A stretch of DNA of 64,000 nt from Planctomycetota bacterium (GCA_965223505.1 CBDCWP010000040.1:160001-224000); one strand, 5' to 3'. Counted from the stretch's first letter, positions 13,390 to 24,593 are shown. Notes: generated by a model from the sequence alone, not told the origin. Translations and numbers: made by a program.

Positions 13390-13502
13390 CGCTCGACCTC
13401 CCTGGCCGGCGCAGCGTACCCCGGATCGAAGGAGGTAGGGGGTTCGCCGTCGGGCGCACGGACGGTACAACGGGCGGCTTGCAATTCGGGGGTGAGGATC
13501 AG

Positions 13503-16061
13503 ATGACGTACGAGTACGAGACCGCGGCGAGCCACTGCTGCGCACGGCACGCGGGTGACTTCACCCTGCCGGGCGCCAAGGCACACTACCCGCCGGACAT
13601 CCAGCTCGAGCCGGTGCATCTCGACATCGCCCTGCGCTTCGACATCCCCGCCGCGGCGGCCGAGGGTGTCGCGACCCACATCATTCGCGCGCGGCGGTCG
13701 GGCCACACCCATCTGCGGCTGCACGCGGTCGACCTCGACGTGCAGAGCGTCACCGACGTCGACGGACGGGACGTTTCGCACCGCTACGACGGGCGCGAGA
13801 TCCACATCGACTGGGCCGACGCGTTCGACGCGGGCGAGGAGCGCAGGCTCGCTGTCGCTTACCGGGTCCAGGGTCCCTCCACGGGCATGTACTTCTCGTC
13901 CCCCGACGACGCCTACCCGGAGCGGCCCTTCTACGTCGCAACCGACAACGAGACTGAACGCGCTCGGCACTGGCTGCCGACCGTCGATCTGCCCACCGTG
14001 CGACCGACGCTCGAATTCCACCTCACCGCCGATGCGGCCTACGAGATCCTCGCCAACGGCGCGCTCGTCGAAGAGACCGCCAACGACGACGGGACCAAGA
14101 CCGCCCATTGGAAGCTCGAGCAGCCGTGTCCGAGCTACCTCACCTGCATCTCGATCGGCGACTACGTCCGGTTCGACGACGAGCCGTACAACGGCATCCC
14201 GGTCGCGTACTTCACCAGCAAGGACTTCACGCCTGACGACCTACAGCGTTCGTTCGGCCGAACGCGCGACATGCTCGCGTGGATCTCGGAGAAGCTCGAC
14301 TTTCCCTTTCCGTACCCGAAGTACTTCCAGTTCGGCCTGCCCTACTACGGCGGCGCCATGGAGAACATCTCGCTCGTCGCGTGGGACGACGTGTTCGTCC
14401 TCGACGAGAACCTGGCGAAGGAGTGGACCTGGTTGGTGGACCAGATCAACATCCACGAGATGGCGCACAGCTACTTCGGCGACCTGATCGTGTGCCGCGA
14501 CTTCGCGCATGCCTGGTTGAAGGAAAGCTGGGCTACCTACATCGAGACGCTCTGGCTGGAGCACTCCAAGGGCGTCGACGAGCGCGATTACGACTTCTAC
14601 ACCAACGTCATGGCGTACGCGCACGAAGCCGACGAGGTCTACCAGCGACCGATCGTCACGCGGGAGTTCAACCACTCCTGGCAGATGTACGACCGACACC
14701 TGTATCCGGGCGGCGCCGCGCGCATGCACATGCTGCGCAAGGAGCTGGGCGACGACACGTTCTTCGCCGGCGTGCGCGAATACGTGAAGCGCTTCGCGTA
14801 CAAGGTCGTCGAGACCGCCGACTACCGGCGCACGCTCGAAGAGGTCTCGGGACGCTCGCTCGTGAAGTGGTTCGACCAGTGGATCCACGGCAAGGGGTAC
14901 CCGAAGCTCAAGGCCTCGTTCTCCTTCGACAAGAAGAAGGGCGAGGGCACGTTCTCCATCGAGCAGACCCAGGTCGACGAGAAGCAGGGCGTCGGCGCCT
15001 TCGACATGCCGCTCGACATCGGCTGGGTCGTCGGAGGCAAGCTCGAGACGCGCACCGTTCAGCTGGAGAAGGCGAAGCACACGTTCGTGATCCGCAGCGA
15101 AGCGGAACCGGAACAGGTCCGCATCGATCCGCACAACCGGTCGGTCTTCACGCTCGAGTTCGATCCCGGCCGCGACAAGCTCGCGAAGCAGATCACCGAC
15201 GCGCCGGACGTGATCGGACGCATTCGCGCCGGCAGCGAGCTGGCGAAGGACGGCAGCGCCAAGAACGTGGCGACCGTGAAGGACGCGTACATGCGCGAGC
15301 CGTTCTGGGGCGTGCGTGTTCGTTTCGCCGAGGCGCTGGCGAAGGCGGGCTCGCAAGCCGCCCTCGACGCGCTGGCGGAGATCATCGGGCACGAGCAGGA
15401 TGGTCTGGTGCTCGAGCCGCTGCTGCGCCACGTGGCGAAGCACCGCGATGAAGGCATCGCGAAGGCGATCGAAGCGCGCCTCGACGCCGGGTTCGGCATG
15501 TACCGCGCGACCCAGGCCGCGTACGAGGCCTTGGGTGCGCAGCGCGAGAACGCGCCGATGCAGCGGCTGATCGGCGCCGCGACGCAGTGCGATCCGTACG
15601 GCTTCGATCAGACGGGGGCGTTTCGCGGCCTCGCGGCCTCGCGGAACGAGGAGGCGGCAAAGCACCTGCTGGCACGGATTCCGTACGGCGCGACGTCGAA
15701 CCGCTCGCGGCCGTTCGCGCTGCACGCCCTCGGGGGTCTGGGTCGGCTACAGGAGAAGCGCGTGCGCGAGCAGATCGTCGAGCAGCTCGTGGACGGACTG
15801 CGCGATCCCGTGGATCGCGTTCGCGACGCGGCGGTCACGGCGCTGAAGTTCGCCGGGGCGCCGGAGGCGATCGCGGCGCTCGAGGCGTACGGCAAGAGCG
15901 TGTCGGACCAGGATCGCGTCGCGGTCGATCGCGCGGTCGGGGCGATTCGCGCGGCGCAGAAGCCGAGTGCGGCGTCGCAGGAGAAGGCGCTGGAGGAGCT
16001 CCGCGACAAGTTGCGCAAGCTCGAGGAAACGGTCGGCAAGCTCGAGGCGAAGATGCAGTAG
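13503..16061 (+). CDS. M1-family aminopeptidase with C-terminal HEAT repeats and coiled coil
   Basis: GGAMEN and HEMAH(x18)E zinc motif; start taken at MTYEYE. Confidence 0.93.
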   Translation: MTYEYETAASHCCARHAGDFTLPGAKAHYPPDIQLEPVHLDIALRFDIPAAAAEGVATHIIRARRSGHTHLRLHAVDLDVQSVTDVDGRDVSHRYDGREIHIDWADAFDAGEERRLAVAYRVQGPSTGMYFSSPDDAYPERPFYVATDNETERARHWLPTVDLPTVRPTLEFHLTADAAYEILANGALVEETANDDGTKTAHWKLEQPCPSYLTCISIGDYVRFDDEPYNGIPVAYFTSKDFTPDDLQRSFGRTRDMLAWISEKLDFPFPYPKYFQFGLPYYGGAMENISLVAWDDVFVLDENLAKEWTWLVDQINIHEMAHSYFGDLIVCRDFAHAWLKESWATYIETLWLEHSKGVDERDYDFYTNVMAYAHEADEVYQRPIVTREFNHSWQMYDRHLYPGGAARMHMLRKELGDDTFFAGVREYVKRFAYKVVETADYRRTLEEVSGRSLVKWFDQWIHGKGYPKLKASFSFDKKKGEGTFSIEQTQVDEKQGVGAFDMPLDIGWVVGGKLETRTVQLEKAKHTFVIRSEAEPEQVRIDPHNRSVFTLEFDPGRDKLAKQITDAPDVIGRIRAGSELAKDGSAKNVATVKDAYMREPFWGVRVRFAEALAKAGSQAALDALAEIIGHEQDGLVLEPLLRHVAKHRDEGIAKAIEARLDAGFGMYRATQAAYEALGAQRENAPMQRLIGAATQCDPYGFDQTGAFRGLAASRNEEAAKHLLARIPYGATSNRSRPFALHALGGLGRLQEKRVREQIVEQLVDGLRDPVDRVRDAAVTALKFAGAPEAIAALEAYGKSVSDQDRVAVDRAVGAIRAAQKPSAASQEKALEELRDKLRKLEETVGKLEAKMQ

Positions 16062-16294
16062 GGGCGACCCTCGTGGTCGCCCAATGGCGTGTGTCTTGGC
16101 GCTACGGGTTGGGCAGCCACAAGGGCGCCCCTACGGGGAATCGTCACGTGGACGTGAACGTGCACCTGAACGTGCACGACACCCCTGACCGCAAGGCGGT
16201 GAACGCAGGTGCGGAGGTAGGGGCGACCCTCGTGGTCGCCCAATGGCGTGTGTCTTGGCGTTACGGGTTGGGCAGCCACAAGGGCTGCCCCTAC
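16058..16294. repeat. Two GTAG-type REP doublets (16058-16134 and 16217-16294)
   Basis: Near-identical GTAGGGGCGACCCTCGTGGTCGCCC...GGGCAGCCACAAGGGC(T)GCCCCTAC units between convergent genes. Confidence 0.88.
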
Positions 16295-16306
16295 AGGGTC
16301 GCGCAA

Positions 16307-17575
16307 CTAGTTCCCGGTGACCACCGGCGGACGCTCGTCCGGATCGTCGAACAGCTCCGGATGGCGCAGCTTCTCCGTCTTCCACCAGTCGTGCCACTTG
16401 CGCTTGTGCGTGCCCATCGTCTCGCCCGTGATCTTACGCAGTGTCCACGAGATCCAAATGCCCGCCGCGCGGTCGTTGAGACGGTTGATCAGCTCGGGAA
16501 CGGCGTAGTAGCCCATCTTGAGCAGGGCTTTGTGCGCCGGCATCTGCGCGCGGTACTCGAACTTGAAGCGGTTCATCTTGAAGACCAGCGGCGGCACCGC
16601 GCGGCTGCTCTTCTTGTTCGACAGCAGCTCGATCACGTGATTGTGGTAGCCGAAGTCCTTGACGTAGATGACCTCCCCGAGCGCCGCGATCCCCGGCCCC
16701 CCCATCTCGTCGAGATGCGTGATGATCTTCAACGAGAGCTTGCGGATCTTCAACTCGTGAAACTCGCGAATGGCCCGCATGAAGGGCTTCTCGGGCTCTT
16801 CCTTCTCCGGCTTCTCGAGGCAGCGGTAGATGACGTCGAGCGCGTTCTCCCAGTGCTTCTCCTTGCTCGTGCTCGCGTAACGGCCCATCTCGCGCGCGAC
16901 CCGGCTCGTCCCGACGATCGCGAGCGCTTCGTGAACGCCGTCGCGCGCGTTCTCGTCCTGCTCCTTCTTGAACAGGTCGAACAGCTGCGGTAACGCGAGG
17001 ACGCCGCCCTTCTTGGCCATCTGCCGCGCGAGGGAAGCTCGCCCCGTCGGCGAGTCGGTCTCGTCGTAGAGCTTGCGGATGCGCTTGCACCAGGGACCGA
17101 TGCGTTCGCCGTCCGTCGGCGGCGGCGCATGGATCTCCGGCTCCTCCTCCTCGGGCTTCTTCTCGCCGGGCTGCTCGGGGTCGATCGGATCGCCCCACGG
17201 AGCTTCCCCGTCGGCGCCCTTCTTCTTCGCCGCGTCCTCGTCCTTGCCGACCTCGACGTGCTCGAGCACGCGCTTGGCGAACGTCTCGCCGTCTTCGATC
17301 TCCTCGAGGTTGCGCTCGATGCGGCTCTTCAACCCGGCGGAGATGGGGTCGGCCTTGGCCGCCTCCTCGAAGATCCGGCGGGCCTCCTTCAGGTTCAGCA
17401 GGCCCTTCTTGATGCGCTTCGGGTCGTCCATCGCGCTGCCGGCGTCGATCTGGGAGAACCCCAGCTCCTTGAGCGTGGTGGCCCGCTCGAGCGGATCCTC
17501 GTCGCTCGCCGCGGCCGGAGCCGCCAGCAGGGCCACGCCAACCAGCGCCCAGAGCAGGAGTTGCGGTCGGCTCAT
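16307..17575 (-). CDS. Secreted hypothetical protein with C-terminal HEAT-like repeats
   Basis: Signal peptide (APAAA-S); helical repeats; C-terminal LRKITGETMG..KWHDWWK. Confidence 0.75.
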   Translation of the reverse strand: MSRPQLLLWALVGVALLAAPAAASDEDPLERATTLKELGFSQIDAGSAMDDPKRIKKGLLNLKEARRIFEEAAKADPISAGLKSRIERNLEEIEDGETFAKRVLEHVEVGKDEDAAKKKGADGEAPWGDPIDPEQPGEKKPEEEEPEIHAPPPTDGERIGPWCKRIRKLYDETDSPTGRASLARQMAKKGGVLALPQLFDLFKKEQDENARDGVHEALAIVGTSRVAREMGRYASTSKEKHWENALDVIYRCLEKPEKEEPEKPFMRAIREFHELKIRKLSLKIITHLDEMGGPGIAALGEVIYVKDFGYHNHVIELLSNKKSSRAVPPLVFKMNRFKFEYRAQMPAHKALLKMGYYAVPELINRLNDRAAGIWISWTLRKITGETMGTHKRKWHDWWKTEKLRHPELFDDPDERPPVVTGN

Positions 17576-17757
17576 GTCGTCCACGCTACCACCTCGGCCC
17601 CCGCGCACAATCCGGACACCCGAAACCGTGGGTTCAAACGTCCGATCGAGGCCCTTTGCGCAGGCTGGGCGGGCGGGCCCCGCGCAGGCCTTCCATGCGT
17701 CGGAACCGGGCGGCAGAATCCCGGCGCCGGGCGGGTCCCGGCGGCTGAAGGAGCACG

Positions 17758-19341
17758 ATGAGCACCTATCGGATTCTGGTCGCGGACGAGCTGGCGCCGG
17801 AAGGCATGGCGATCCTCGAAGAAGCGGCCGACGTGACGATTCGCACGGGCATGGACGAGGACGCGTTGCGCGAAGCGTTGCCGCCCTACCACGCGCTCGT
17901 CGTGCGCTCCGCCACCAAGCCGACGGCGCGCAGCCTCGAGCTCGCAGAGAACCTCACGGTGATCGGACGGGCCGGCATCGGCATCGACAACATCGACCTG
18001 AAGGCGGCGACGGAGCGCGGCATCGTCGTGATGAACACGCCGGAGGCGAACGCCGTCACGACCGGCGAGCTGGCGCTCTCGTTGATGATGAGCCTCGCGC
18101 GCAACATCGCCGCGGCGGACGCGTCGATGAAGGCCGGCCGCTGGGACAAGAAGCAGCTCATCGGCACGGAGCTTCGCGGACAGCGCCTGGGCGTGCTCGG
18201 CCTGGGGAAGATCGGCACCGTGGTCGCCACGCGCGCGCTCGGCCTCAAGATGCACGTCGGCGCCTTCGACCCGAACGTCTCGCAGGAGGACGCGCCGGAA
18301 GGCGTGCGCATGGTGACCTTGGACGAGCTGCTCGAGCGCAGCGACTTCCTCACCGTCCACGTGCCACTCAACGATCACACACGCCACCTGCTGAACGCGG
18401 AGCGGTTGGCGAAGATGAAGAAGGGCGCGCGCTTGATCCACGCCGCGCGCGGCGGCGTCGTCGACGACAACGCCCTCATCGAGGCGCTCGAGTCGGGTCA
18501 TCTGTCCGGCGCCGCGCTCGACGTGTACGAGACGGAGCCGCTGCCGGAAGACCACCCTTTCCGATCGATGGCCAACGTCGTGTTGACGCCGCACCTCGGC
18601 GCGAGCACCAACGAAGCGAAGCGCAACGTCTCCATCGAGATGGCGCGCCAAATCGTGACGTGCCTGCAGACCGGCGTGGCGTTGAACGGCGTCAATGTGC
18701 CGCGCATCCCGCCGAGCGAGGTGAACCGCCTTGCGCCGTTCCTGGCGCTGTCGCGCAACCTGGCATCGTTCCTCGTGCAGATCTTCCCCGGCAAGCTCGA
18801 GTCGCTGCGACTCACCTGCCAGGGCGAGCTGCCGGAGATGGCGACACAGGCGCTGAGCCTGGAGATGCTGGGCGGGGCGCTCAACGTCCTTGCGGACCGG
18901 CCGGTGACACCCGTGAACGCCGAGGCGATCGCCGAGTCGATGGGCGTTCGCGTGCACAGCGAGTCGTCGACGCTCAAACGCGACTTCCTCAACCTCATTC
19001 GGATCGAGGCGCTGGTCGACGGTGAGCGCCACTTCATCACCGGCACGGTCCTGGGTAACCGACACGGTCGGATGGTGCAGCTCGACAAGTTCCTGCTCGA
19101 CGCGATTCCCGAGGGCCCGCTCCTGGTGATCTTCCATCACGACAAGCCGGGCGTGATCGGCGCGATCGGCTCGATCCTGGGCGACGAGAACGTGAACATC
19201 TCGCGCCTGCAGCTGGGCGCGCCGCCCAACGGCGGTCCGGCGCTGGGCATCCTCAATCTGTCGACGCCGGTCGAAGACGGCGTCCTGCAGCGCATCCGCG
19301 ACCTGGCGAGCATCGACAGCGCGTACGCGGTCGTCGCGTAG
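17758..19341 (+). CDS. serA: D-3-phosphoglycerate dehydrogenase
   Basis: GRAGIGIDNID, GLGKIG, TPHLGAST, C-terminal ACT domain (DKPGVIG). Confidence 0.97.
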   Translation: MSTYRILVADELAPEGMAILEEAADVTIRTGMDEDALREALPPYHALVVRSATKPTARSLELAENLTVIGRAGIGIDNIDLKAATERGIVVMNTPEANAVTTGELALSLMMSLARNIAAADASMKAGRWDKKQLIGTELRGQRLGVLGLGKIGTVVATRALGLKMHVGAFDPNVSQEDAPEGVRMVTLDELLERSDFLTVHVPLNDHTRHLLNAERLAKMKKGARLIHAARGGVVDDNALIEALESGHLSGAALDVYETEPLPEDHPFRSMANVVLTPHLGASTNEAKRNVSIEMARQIVTCLQTGVALNGVNVPRIPPSEVNRLAPFLALSRNLASFLVQIFPGKLESLRLTCQGELPEMATQALSLEMLGGALNVLADRPVTPVNAEAIAESMGVRVHSESSTLKRDFLNLIRIEALVDGERHFITGTVLGNRHGRMVQLDKFLLDAIPEGPLLVIFHHDKPGVIGAIGSILGDENVNISRLQLGAPPNGGPALGILNLSTPVEDGVLQRIRDLASIDSAYAVVA

Positions 19342-19412
19342 GGGCGACCGCCCGCGAATGACCTGGTGCGTTCGTCCCTGACCGCGGCGCGAGCGGTGTC
19401 CAGTCCCACCCC

Positions 19413-20492
19413 CTACGCGTTGCGGCGCTCGAAGTCTTCCATGAACGCGGCGAGGCGCTCCACGCCGTCCGGCTCCATCGCGTTGTAGATCGACGCGCGC
19501 ATGCCGCCGATCGTGCGGTAGCCCTTGAGCCCCACCATGCCGTTCGCCTCCGCCTCCTGCAGGAACGCGCCGTCGAGGCTGTCGTCCTTCAGCGTGAAAG
19601 GCACGTTCATGTTCGAACGGTCCTCGCGCGCGGCCGGGCCGCTGTAGAAGTCGGAGCTGTCGATCACGCCGTACAAGCGATCGGCCTTCGCCTTGTTGCG
19701 GACCTCCATCGCCGCCAGTCCGCCGTTGCTCTCGATCCAGCGCGCCACCAGCCCCACCACGTAGATTGCGAACGCGGGCGGCGTGTTGTAGAGCGAGCCC
19801 TTCGAAGCGTGCGTGTTGTAGTTGAGCATCGTCGGCAGGCTGTCGGGCGAGCGCTCGAGCAGCTCGTTGCGGATCAAGACCAACGTGACGCCTGCCGGTC
19901 CGAGGTTCTTCTGCGCGCCGGCGTAGATGACACCGAAGCGGCTCAGGTCCATCGGCCGCGAGAGGATGTCCGATGACGCGTCGCAAACGAGCGGCGCGTC
20001 CGTGGACGGGAACGCGTGGAGCTGGGTCCCGAAGATCGTGTTGTTCGACGTGACGTGGACGTAGTCCGCGTCCGGGCGCAGGTCGAGGTCCTTGGGGATG
20101 TGGTCGAAGTTCGTGTCCGCGCTGCTGGCCGCGACATGTCCGTGGCCCATGCGCTCCGCCTCGGCGTGGGCCTTCTTGCCCCAGTTGCCTGCGACGAGGT
20201 AGTCGCCCTTCGGTCCGAGGTTGTACGGAACCATGAAGAACTGCGACGACGCCCCGCCTTGCAGGAACAGCACGGACCAGTCGTCACCCGCACCGAGCAG
20301 ATTCCGAATCGACGCCTCGGCGCCTTCGTGAACGGCCGTGTATTCCGGCGAGCGATGACTCACCTCGGCGACGCCCACGCCGCATCCGCCGAGCGAGATG
20401 AGGTTCTCGGCGGCCTCCTCGAGCACGGCGAGCGGCAGCGTCGCGGGCCCCGCGCTGAAGTTCAACATGCGATCGGTCATGGTGCTGCTCAT
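19413..20492 (-). CDS. serC: Phosphoserine aminotransferase
   Basis: NFSAGPATLP, LFLQGGAS, AGAQKNLGPAG (PLP lysine), YNTPP, GGMRASIYNA. Confidence 0.97.
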   Translation of the reverse strand: MSSTMTDRMLNFSAGPATLPLAVLEEAAENLISLGGCGVGVAEVSHRSPEYTAVHEGAEASIRNLLGAGDDWSVLFLQGGASSQFFMVPYNLGPKGDYLVAGNWGKKAHAEAERMGHGHVAASSADTNFDHIPKDLDLRPDADYVHVTSNNTIFGTQLHAFPSTDAPLVCDASSDILSRPMDLSRFGVIYAGAQKNLGPAGVTLVLIRNELLERSPDSLPTMLNYNTHASKGSLYNTPPAFAIYVVGLVARWIESNGGLAAMEVRNKAKADRLYGVIDSSDFYSGPAAREDRSNMNVPFTLKDDSLDGAFLQEAEANGMVGLKGYRTIGGMRASIYNAMEPDGVERLAAFMEDFERRNA

Positions 20493-20590
20493 GGCGCCTC
20501 CTGCGATGGCGCGGATGGTACGACCGTCTGCTTCCCGGCTGGCGTTCCGCGCGACCGGGAGGAAGATCGGAGCGTTCGCTGGAGACAGCC

Positions 20591-21304
20591 ATGGCCGTCC
20601 ACGAGCTCGAGATCGCCGAGGTCATCCAAGAGACCCCGATGGACCGCACGTTCGTCCTGCCGATCCCGGCCGGGCTCGCCGAAGAGATGCGCTTCACCGC
20701 GGGGCAGTTCGTGATCGTCGTGGACCCGGACGCGGAGAAGCCGCTCCGGCGCGCGTACTCCATCTCCTGCGGCCCGGACGATGCCGAGGCCATCACGCTC
20801 ACCGTCCGTGACATGGGCGGCTTCGGACACGACTTCTACGGCTTCGAGCCCGGCAAGCGGCTCCAGGTCGCGACGCCGCAAGGCAAGTTCACGCTCGACG
20901 AAGAGGCGGCGGGCGACATCGTGATGGTGTCGGGCGGATCGGGCGTCACGCCGTTCCGTTCGTTCGTCCAGCACCTGCGCGCGGTGGGCACGGACCGCGC
21001 CGTGACGCTCTTTCAGAGCGCGCAGCAGGCGAACGAGCTGATCTTCCGCGAGGAGTTCGAAGCGCACGCCGCTGCGGGCGACTGGTTCACCTACGTGCCG
21101 ACGGTCACCCGGGCCGCCGACGACGACCCGTGGCCGGGCCGCCGCGGCCGCATCGACCTCGCGCTGGTGCGCAGCGCCGTGACGTCGCCGGAGACGGTCC
21201 GTTACTACGCGTGCGGTCCGGGCGCCTTCGTGCGGTCGATGTTCGAGATTGCGGAGGAGATCGGCGTCCCGAAGGAGCACCGCCGCAAGGAGCAGTGGGG
21301 GTAG
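20591..21304 (+). CDS. FAD/NAD(P)-binding oxidoreductase (ferredoxin-NADP reductase-like)
   Basis: RAYSIS, GGSGVTPF, YACGP. Confidence 0.9.
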   Translation: MAVHELEIAEVIQETPMDRTFVLPIPAGLAEEMRFTAGQFVIVVDPDAEKPLRRAYSISCGPDDAEAITLTVRDMGGFGHDFYGFEPGKRLQVATPQGKFTLDEEAAGDIVMVSGGSGVTPFRSFVQHLRAVGTDRAVTLFQSAQQANELIFREEFEAHAAAGDWFTYVPTVTRAADDDPWPGRRGRIDLALVRSAVTSPETVRYYACGPGAFVRSMFEIAEEIGVPKEHRRKEQWG

Positions 21305-21519
21305 GGGCAGCCCTCGTGAAATTGGGTGACCTGTAGGGGCAGCCCTCGTGGCTGCCCAATTGGGCGACCAGTAGAGTAGGGGCAGCCCTTGTGGCTGCCC
21401 AATTGGGCGACCAGTAGGGGCAGCCCTTGTGGCTGCCCAATTGGGCGACCACGAGGGTCGCCCCTACGTGAATTGGGCGACCACGAGGGTCGCCCCGACA
21501 GCAAGAGGGTCGCCCCTAC
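21301..21519. repeat. Tandem REP cluster (~7 full or partial GTAG palindromes)
   Basis: Repeated GTAGGGGCAGCCCT(C/T)GTGGCTGCCCAATTGGGCGACCA and GAGGGTCGCCCCTAC units between convergent genes. Confidence 0.9.
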
Positions 21520-22718
21520 AGCAGATGCGTGAACAACCCCGAGCGCAGCTTCGGCTCGAACCACGTCGACTTCGGCGGCATCGTCATCCCCGCATCCGCC
21601 ACGTCGAGCAGCTCGTCCACCGACACCGGATACAACGAGAACGCCACCGCCGCTTCGCCCGCATCCACACGGCGCTCGAGCTCCGTAGTTCCGCGTGAGC
21701 CCCCCACGAACGCGATCCGCTGATCGTTGCGCGGATCGTCAATGCCCAGCAGCGGCGCGAGCACGCGGTCCTGCAGCACCTGCACGTCGAGACGCGCAAC
21801 CGCATCGCCGTCCACCGACCCCCAACGGAGTCGGCGCCACGCACCGCCCAGGTACATCCGTGCTTCGCCGCGCGCCGCAGGCGTGCCGTCGTCGGCGTCA
21901 TGCACCTGCATGACCTGCGAGAGCGCCTCGAGGAAGGCCGACTCGGACTGCCCGTGAAGATTCCGCACCAATCGGTTGTACGCCAAGATGCGCACTTGAT
22001 CGGAAGGGATGGCGACCCCCAGAAAGAACGCACTCTCCGCATCGGCTCCGTCGCCGCGCTCGCGATGCGCGTTCATGGCGGACGCGGAACGATGATGGCC
22101 GTCGGCGATGTACAGCGCGGGTACGGACGCCATGGCGTCGATCCACGGGCCGCAGTCGCCCACGCGCCACACCCGGTGCCGCACGCCGTCGTCCGCCGTG
22201 AAGTCGATCTCCGGCGCTTCGGCGACCGTGTCGGCGACGAGCGCGTCGAGCTCGGCGTTCGGACGGTACGTCAAGAACACGGGACCGGTCTGCGCCTCCA
22301 ACGTGAGCACGTGCTGCGTGCGCTCGGACTCCTTGTCGGAGCGGGTGTGCTCGTGCTTGCGAATCGTGCCGTCGACGTACTCCTCGACGGCGAACGTCCC
22401 GACGAGCCCGACCTGCGCGTGCTCGCCGTCCTGCTGCGCGTACAGATACAGCGACGGCGCGTCGTCGCGCGCGAGCAGGCCCCTCGTCTCGAGCGACGCA
22501 AGCTGTTCGCGCCCGCGCGCGTGCGCTCGCGCCACGTCCTTCGCCTCGTCGTGGGGTAGACCGATCTCCGGGCGTACGACGTGCAGGAAGTTGTCCGGAA
22601 GCGCTGCGGCCAGCTCCCTGGCTTCCGCGGTGCTCACGACGTCATAGGGAACGGAGGCGACACGCGCGGCGGCCTCGGCGGTCGGGCGCAACGCACGGAA
22701 GGGTCGAATGGTGCTCAC
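21516..22718 (-). CDS. DUF1015 family protein
   Basis: IRPFRALRP, PYDV, IRKHEHT, LYIADGHHR, MPPKSTWFEPKLRSG. Confidence 0.93.
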   Translation of the reverse strand: MSTIRPFRALRPTAEAAARVASVPYDVVSTAEARELAAALPDNFLHVVRPEIGLPHDEAKDVARAHARGREQLASLETRGLLARDDAPSLYLYAQQDGEHAQVGLVGTFAVEEYVDGTIRKHEHTRSDKESERTQHVLTLEAQTGPVFLTYRPNAELDALVADTVAEAPEIDFTADDGVRHRVWRVGDCGPWIDAMASVPALYIADGHHRSASAMNAHRERGDGADAESAFFLGVAIPSDQVRILAYNRLVRNLHGQSESAFLEALSQVMQVHDADDGTPAARGEARMYLGGAWRRLRWGSVDGDAVARLDVQVLQDRVLAPLLGIDDPRNDQRIAFVGGSRGTTELERRVDAGEAAVAFSLYPVSVDELLDVADAGMTMPPKSTWFEPKLRSGLFTHLL

Positions 22719-22801
22719 GCGCGCAGCGTACCGACGGATCGCGCCCCCGATTCACTTCCAACGAGCGTTCGAGTCGGCCACCGGCCGACGCGCGGTCAGC
22801 G

Positions 22802-23632
<831 letters not shown>

Positions 23633-24017
23633 CAACTCTCCCTAAGAGCCCCGCCCAAGGGCTGAGCCCAAAACGTACCCAGGGCACGACTGCAAATGAA
23701 CAAGCAGTCGCTGGAAATCAGGGCTCCCTGCCCTGATTCACCCTCCAAAAAGCCTTCCGTAGAAGTGCCTCGTACACAGGACGTCGGCTGTTGACCCAGA
23801 AATTCCAGCGATTTCTGAGATTTGCATTTGGGCATGAGTTCGCATCGCGCTCGTAACCCACTGACAGGCAGCCGGTTACCGTCGACAGAATTTCGCCGCA
23901 CGCGCAGGAATCGCGCGCGCGCCGGTGGCGGAAGGCCCGTCGCCACCGCTGTCGAATGCAAGGTGTCCCGCGCGCAGGACCGGGGAAGATGAGCGACCGC
24001 AACCTGCCGGAGACGCA

Positions 24018-24593
24018 ATGACGCCCGACCGATCCAAGCACGTTTCGTTCGACGACGAACCGCTGATCGTCGTAGACGAAGACGACAACGTGTTGGCGCA
24101 CCGGACAAAGGCGGACTGCCACGCGGGCGACGGCCTCCTGCATCGCGCGCTCTCGGTGTTCGTCTTCGACGCCGAGGGGCGCGTCCTCCTCCAGCAGCGA
24201 AGCGCGCGCAAGCCGTTGTGGCCACTTTACTGGTCGAACAGTTGCTGCAGCCATCCGCGACGCGGCGAATCGGAGGCAACCGCGGCGGTCCGTCGCCTGT
24301 ACGAAGAGCTCGGGCTCGAGGCCGAGCCGACGTTCCTCTACCGCTTCCAGTACCACGCGCCATTCGAGGACAAGGGCTCGGAGCGCGAGCTGTGCTCGGT
24401 GTTCATCGCCCGCGCCAACGGCTCCGTCGCGGCCAACGAGCACGAGATCGCCGACTGGCGCTGGCTCGAACCCGCGGCGCTCGACCGCGCGCTTCGCGAC
24501 GAACCCGACGCGTACACACCTTGGCTTCGCATGGAGTGGGCGCGCATCCGCGAAGACCACTGGCCGCAGATCGAGGCCATGCTCGAGGCCTGA
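24018..24593 (+). CDS. idi: Isopentenyl-diphosphate delta-isomerase, type 1
   Basis: LHRALSVFVF, WSNSCCSHP, RRLYEELG, ERELCSVF, YTPW. Confidence 0.93.
   Translation: MTPDRSKHVSFDDEPLIVVDEDDNVLAHRTKADCHAGDGLLHRALSVFVFDAEGRVLLQQRSARKPLWPLYWSNSCCSHPRRGESEATAAVRRLYEELGLEAEPTFLYRFQYHAPFEDKGSERELCSVFIARANGSVAANEHEIADWRWLEPAALDRALRDEPDAYTPWLRMEWARIREDHWPQIEAMLEA

Noticed and set aside
21301..21519. CRISPR array
   Set aside because: Units are palindromic GTAG REPs without unique spacers; no cas genes
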